Assembly: GCA_048128005.1 (NCBI GenBank)
Contig: JBEUKZ010000071.1
Span: 434,001-498,000 of the forward strand
Direction of reading: 5' to 3'
Length of the DNA: 64,000 bases
Source of the DNA: Veleropilina oligotropha
Taxonomy: Eukaryota
Shown piece by piece: positions 60,278 through 64,000 of this stretch. Each line of letters opens with the position of its first letter. The first letter of the stretch is position 1. The notes beneath the pieces were generated by a model. It had not been told where the DNA came from and made no database searches. It saw only the letters and a list, made by a program, of their open reading frames with translations. The position numbers and the translations under genes were made by a program.

Positions 60278-62167
60278 ATGGCTGCCTGCACAGAATTCAC
60301 TTCACTGTGCAGCTCACGATCATTCAGTGGATTTAGCTTTCATGATGCAAGTTTGGACACAAACAATTCTGTTTATGATAGCAAATGCAGTGAGAAACAA
60401 CCTTACATTGTGGATGACCATACAGACAATTGTCACTCTATTGTAGTAACTATAGACAGTGACAACAATTTTTTAACATATTGTGCCAAAATTAATGATC
60501 AATGCTTGCATGTGAAGAAAGTAAATGATACAGATGATATGTATGAAACCAAGTTTAATGGAGAAAAGGTTGTAATCACACTTTATGCATCAACAAAAAG
60601 GGTGCATATTCAAGGAGTAGGTGGTAAAGAATGGTGGCAACAGACTGGAATGGAATTACTAAGCGATATTGTACATAATGGAAACTCAGACGACCTTCGC
60701 AATCCCATGACATCTACTCCTCACACAGCCAGCAGTACTAGCCTTACTGCAGTGAAGAGGCGTTTTGAAACATGTAACCATTTCAGCAGTCAAAACAGTG
60801 CATTGGAATTGGGTCAACCAGCTGGCAGTGACACCATTCTAGATGACATGGTAGAACAATTACATGAACAACAAATAAGAATAAATCAACTGGCTGAGGA
60901 AAATATCAGACTGCATGCTGAAAATAGAACTTTAAAAGAAACATCACAAAACCACAATTTGACATTAAGAAACGCAAAAAATAAACTGCATATATACAGT
61001 ACCAGTGGCAAATCACCAATTAAAAAAGCCCAGACAAAATCTGTATTCACTAACACAGAAATCGATCCGACTGATAACAACCTTGAAAGTAAAAATCGTG
61101 AATATGATCTACTCTGTAAGCTTGCCGATGTCAGCGGTGATGCGCTAATATATCAAGAAAGAGTCGCATCGCTGGAGAAACATGTTTGTGAAATGAAAAA
61201 AGAAAAAAATGATTTGCTTGATGAAATTATTAATATGAAATATGCAAATGTGCCAACAAGTAACTTTACTCAAACAAAAACAACTCAAACTCTCGAAAAT
61301 AGTGAAGGAAATACCAAATTATACAGTACAGTGGTCAAAGAATCAACAGTGAGTAAGCCTACTCATACCTGGACCCAACCATATGTAAATATGTCAAATT
61401 TCAACAGCAAAAGCAATAGCAAATCAAACAATACAGAAACATTTCTTAAAGCGTCAAGTATGCATGATATTCATCCAGTTGTAAATACGTCACAGTCCTC
61501 CCAGAAGATAGTGCAAGAGAAAACGCTACTGATCGGCTCCTCCATGTTCAAGGACATTATGCGTCGTGGACTCTTGAAAAACGTTGATGTTCAAACGCAC
61601 TCAGGAGCTACTGTACCCAAATTGAAAATGGCCCTACACAAAATGGATATAGAAAAGTACACAACCATTCTATTGCACGTCGGAGGAAATGATGTCAGTA
61701 ACCGAGTGCCGATTAATGAAATTTGTAAAGAATATGACTCTCTTCTAAATGAAATATATGAGCGGAAGCCAGATTGTACAATTATTGTATCTGGATTAAC
61801 CCCAAGGCGAGATGTCGATGTCAGACCAATCAACAATGCTTTGCTACATCTTTGTATTAATTATGACTTGACATTCATTGACAACTATGGAAATGTCAAT
61901 CCAGACACTGGTTGCATCTGCTCTGATGGAATACACTTTTCAAAGCGAGGCACAACGCAACTTCTTTGGAACTTTGAAAAGGTCTTTCCGATAATGAAGC
62001 GAAACGCATATTCTTTTACCAGAGACTCAACTGAAGTTAAATGTTTCTTCTGTGGTGAACATGGACATGTTACTGACGTATGTAGACATGGAAACAAAAT
62101 TCAATGTTTTAAATGTGGCCTGTATGGGCATAAATCAAAATGGTGTAAATATGTAGGTCCACTGTAG
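60278..62167 (+). CDS. LINE ORF1p: coiled coil, SGNH esterase domain and two CCHC zinc knuckles
   Basis: SGNH blocks LLIGSSMF, HVGGND and DGIHF; knuckles CFFCGEHGHVTDVC and CFKCGLYGHKSKWC. Confidence 0.92.
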   Translation: MAACTEFTSLCSSRSFSGFSFHDASLDTNNSVYDSKCSEKQPYIVDDHTDNCHSIVVTIDSDNNFLTYCAKINDQCLHVKKVNDTDDMYETKFNGEKVVITLYASTKRVHIQGVGGKEWWQQTGMELLSDIVHNGNSDDLRNPMTSTPHTASSTSLTAVKRRFETCNHFSSQNSALELGQPAGSDTILDDMVEQLHEQQIRINQLAEENIRLHAENRTLKETSQNHNLTLRNAKNKLHIYSTSGKSPIKKAQTKSVFTNTEIDPTDNNLESKNREYDLLCKLADVSGDALIYQERVASLEKHVCEMKKEKNDLLDEIINMKYANVPTSNFTQTKTTQTLENSEGNTKLYSTVVKESTVSKPTHTWTQPYVNMSNFNSKSNSKSNNTETFLKASSMHDIHPVVNTSQSSQKIVQEKTLLIGSSMFKDIMRRGLLKNVDVQTHSGATVPKLKMALHKMDIEKYTTILLHVGGNDVSNRVPINEICKEYDSLLNEIYERKPDCTIIVSGLTPRRDVDVRPINNALLHLCINYDLTFIDNYGNVNPDTGCICSDGIHFSKRGTTQLLWNFEKVFPIMKRNAYSFTRDSTEVKCFFCGEHGHVTDVCRHGNKIQCFKCGLYGHKSKWCKYVGPL

Positions 62168-62347
62168 GAAGCTGGCAACGAGAAAGCCGATAGAAGTGGT
62201 ACACATCTAACTGATGAAAGAAATGGTGGCTTATTGAAAATTAAGACTTCATTGAGTAGTGGTAGTCATGCATCCTGTATAACATATAATGTTTCTTTAC
62301 CATTGCATAAAGATAATATTCCTGAGGCCCTTATAACTGAATACATC

Positions 62348-64000
62348 ATGTATTGTTCCTTAGCACTAACAATTATTGTGTGCATTGCCTGTAGATTATT
62401 ATATAATGTTGATTATTCATATGATGAATGCGAGCTTGATAACCCTCAATTTAATCCTTTTGAGATGAAAAGAAAAGGTTTAAAATTGATACATTTAAAT
62501 ATATGTCATTTACTGCCAAAAATTGATGAATTGAGCTATTTAATTCGTCAATCTACAAATTTACCAGATATCTTTGGTGTTACAGAAACATTTCTGACCG
62601 ATAAAACCTTGGATTTTCAAGTGTCCCTGGCTAAGTACAATATCGTTAGAAAGGACAGACTTACAAAGCAGGGTGGAGGGATTTTAATATACATTTCAGA
62701 AAAAATCATTTTTAAGAGACGGTCAGATTTTGAGACAGGTGACATCGAAACAGTGTGGTTAGAAGTTTGTCTAAATAAAAGTAAACCATTTTTGCTTTGT
62801 TATGCCTATCGGCCACCAAAGTCCAACTTAAATTGGATCGATTGTTTTGAATCACAATTAAATATGGTTTCAAGTGAGGAAATGGAAACAATTATACTAG
62901 GCGATTTTAATTTTAATTACCTTGATCAGAGTTCAATACCCCCCAAGTGGAGTCAGTTGATAAATGTTTTTGACATGGCACAATTAGTTACAACACCCAC
63001 CAGAATTACAGAAACGAGCTCCACTCTTATTGATCTTGTTTACACTACACATCCTGAAAATGTTTTCGAAGTTACGGTACCTGAATATGGTATAAGTGAT
63101 CATTTTCCTGTTTGCATTTATAAAGACAATAATTCTGCTTCTCGCAGATCCAAGCGAGAGAGTCACATAGAAATAACCTATAGAAACTACAAACATTTCA
63201 ATGAAGATCTTTTCATCACTGACTTAGCAAATGTTCCCTTTTACAGTGTAGAATATTATGATGACCCAGATTATTGCCTGCATATATGGTATGAACTACT
63301 TTTAAACATAATCAATAAGCATGCTCCTAAAAGAACTAGAAGAGTTCATAACAGATTTCAACCAGAGTGGTTCAATGATGAAATTAAAAAAGCACAACAA
63401 ATGCGTGACATGTATAAAAGAAAGAAAGATTTTTCATCTTATAAACTATGCCGTAATAAAAGCAAGAAATTAATTAATACAGCAAAAGCTAATTACGTTA
63501 AAAAAGCTGTTTCAGAAAAAAGGAATGCAAAGGACATATGGACTGCTATGAAAAATGTAACTAAGGTAAAAAATTTGAATTCTCCTTTGCCAACATCTAT
63601 ACAAAATAATGATAAAATAACAACGGACCCTCAAGATATAGCAAACATTATGAGCAAACACTTTAAGGAACTAATAGAAACATTAAAATGCAAATATAAG
63701 ACTAATGCCAGCGATAATTACCAAAACCTCCATTCATTTATTAAAGAAAGACTGCCAGAGGAAACAGTCCTACAAATTGAATTGATTACATGTACACAAG
63801 TGGAAGCATACCTTAGGCATTTAGATGTTTCCAAATCAACTGGACTAGATGGGATTGGCCCCAAACTTTTAAAAATAGCTTCTACGGTATTAGCGCCCTC
63901 ATTAACTTATATACTCAATTTATCTATTACAAAAGGCATATTTCCAAAAGTATTTAAACAAGCAAAAATATTACCTTTTTACAAAAAAGGACTAAAATCA
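62348..64000 (+). CDS. LINE ORF2p: APE endonuclease and start of reverse transcriptase, truncated by the window edge
   Basis: Manual translation: KGLKLIHLNICHLLPKIDEL...FGVTETFL...YAYRPPKS...IILGDFN...TPTRITETSSTLIDLVYT...GISDHFPV...KSTGLDGIGPKLLK...GIFPKVFKQAKILPFYKKG. The frame is open from 62168 and the first ATG is at 62348. Not in the ORF track. Confidence 0.95.
   Translation, partial: MYCSLALTIIVCIACRLLYNVDYSYDECELDNPQFNPFEMKRKGLKLIHLNICHLLPKIDELSYLIRQSTNLPDIFGVTETFLTDKTLDFQVSLAKYNIVRKDRLTKQGGGILIYISEKIIFKRRSDFETGDIETVWLEVCLNKSKPFLLCYAYRPPKSNLNWIDCFESQLNMVSSEEMETIILGDFNFNYLDQSSIPPKWSQLINVFDMAQLVTTPTRITETSSTLIDLVYTTHPENVFEVTVPEYGISDHFPVCIYKDNNSASRRSKRESHIEITYRNYKHFNEDLFITDLANVPFYSVEYYDDPDYCLHIWYELLLNIINKHAPKRTRRVHNRFQPEWFNDEIKKAQQMRDMYKRKKDFSSYKLCRNKSKKLINTAKANYVKKAVSEKRNAKDIWTAMKNVTKVKNLNSPLPTSIQNNDKITTDPQDIANIMSKHFKELIETLKCKYKTNASDNYQNLHSFIKERLPEETVLQIELITCTQVEAYLRHLDVSKSTGLDGIGPKLLKIASTVLAPSLTYILNLSITKGIFPKVFKQAKILPFYKKGLKS

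Larger units (their letters stand above)
60051..64000 (+). mobile_element. Non-LTR retrotransposon, CR1/L2 group, 5' part, apparently intact
   Basis: About 230-bp 5' UTR that starts abruptly at the minisatellite, then ORF1 and an APE-RT ORF2 running off the window. Confidence 0.93.

Overview
Animal genomic DNA, possibly a mollusc (a weak guess from the repeat types). It has three layers. (1) Positions 1 to about 11160 are the right-hand part of an apparently intact endogenous Polinton/Maverick (adintovirus-like) virus. It encodes a DDE integrase that runs off the left edge and is absent from the ORF track, an A32/FtsK-type packaging ATPase, major and minor capsid candidates, many small or membrane-anchored ORFs and a secreted Cys-rich ORF. 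Its terminal non-coding region holds palindromes, heat-shock-element-like motifs and direct repeats. (2) Seven short + strand exons (12657-57562) of a host DGAT1 gene correspond to vertebrate exons 4-10 and splice in frame. Exons 1-3 were not found, so the virus probably lies in DGAT1 intron 3. (3) The DGAT1 introns are packed with repeats: a 32 kb satellite of 38-bp units interrupted by about 20 copies of a constant 44-bp junction motif, several minisatellites, non-autonomous DNA transposons, SINE remnants, and a young CR1-group LINE whose ORF1 and ORF2 are in frame and separated by a single TAG. All family calls come from recognising motifs by eye; no database search was run.
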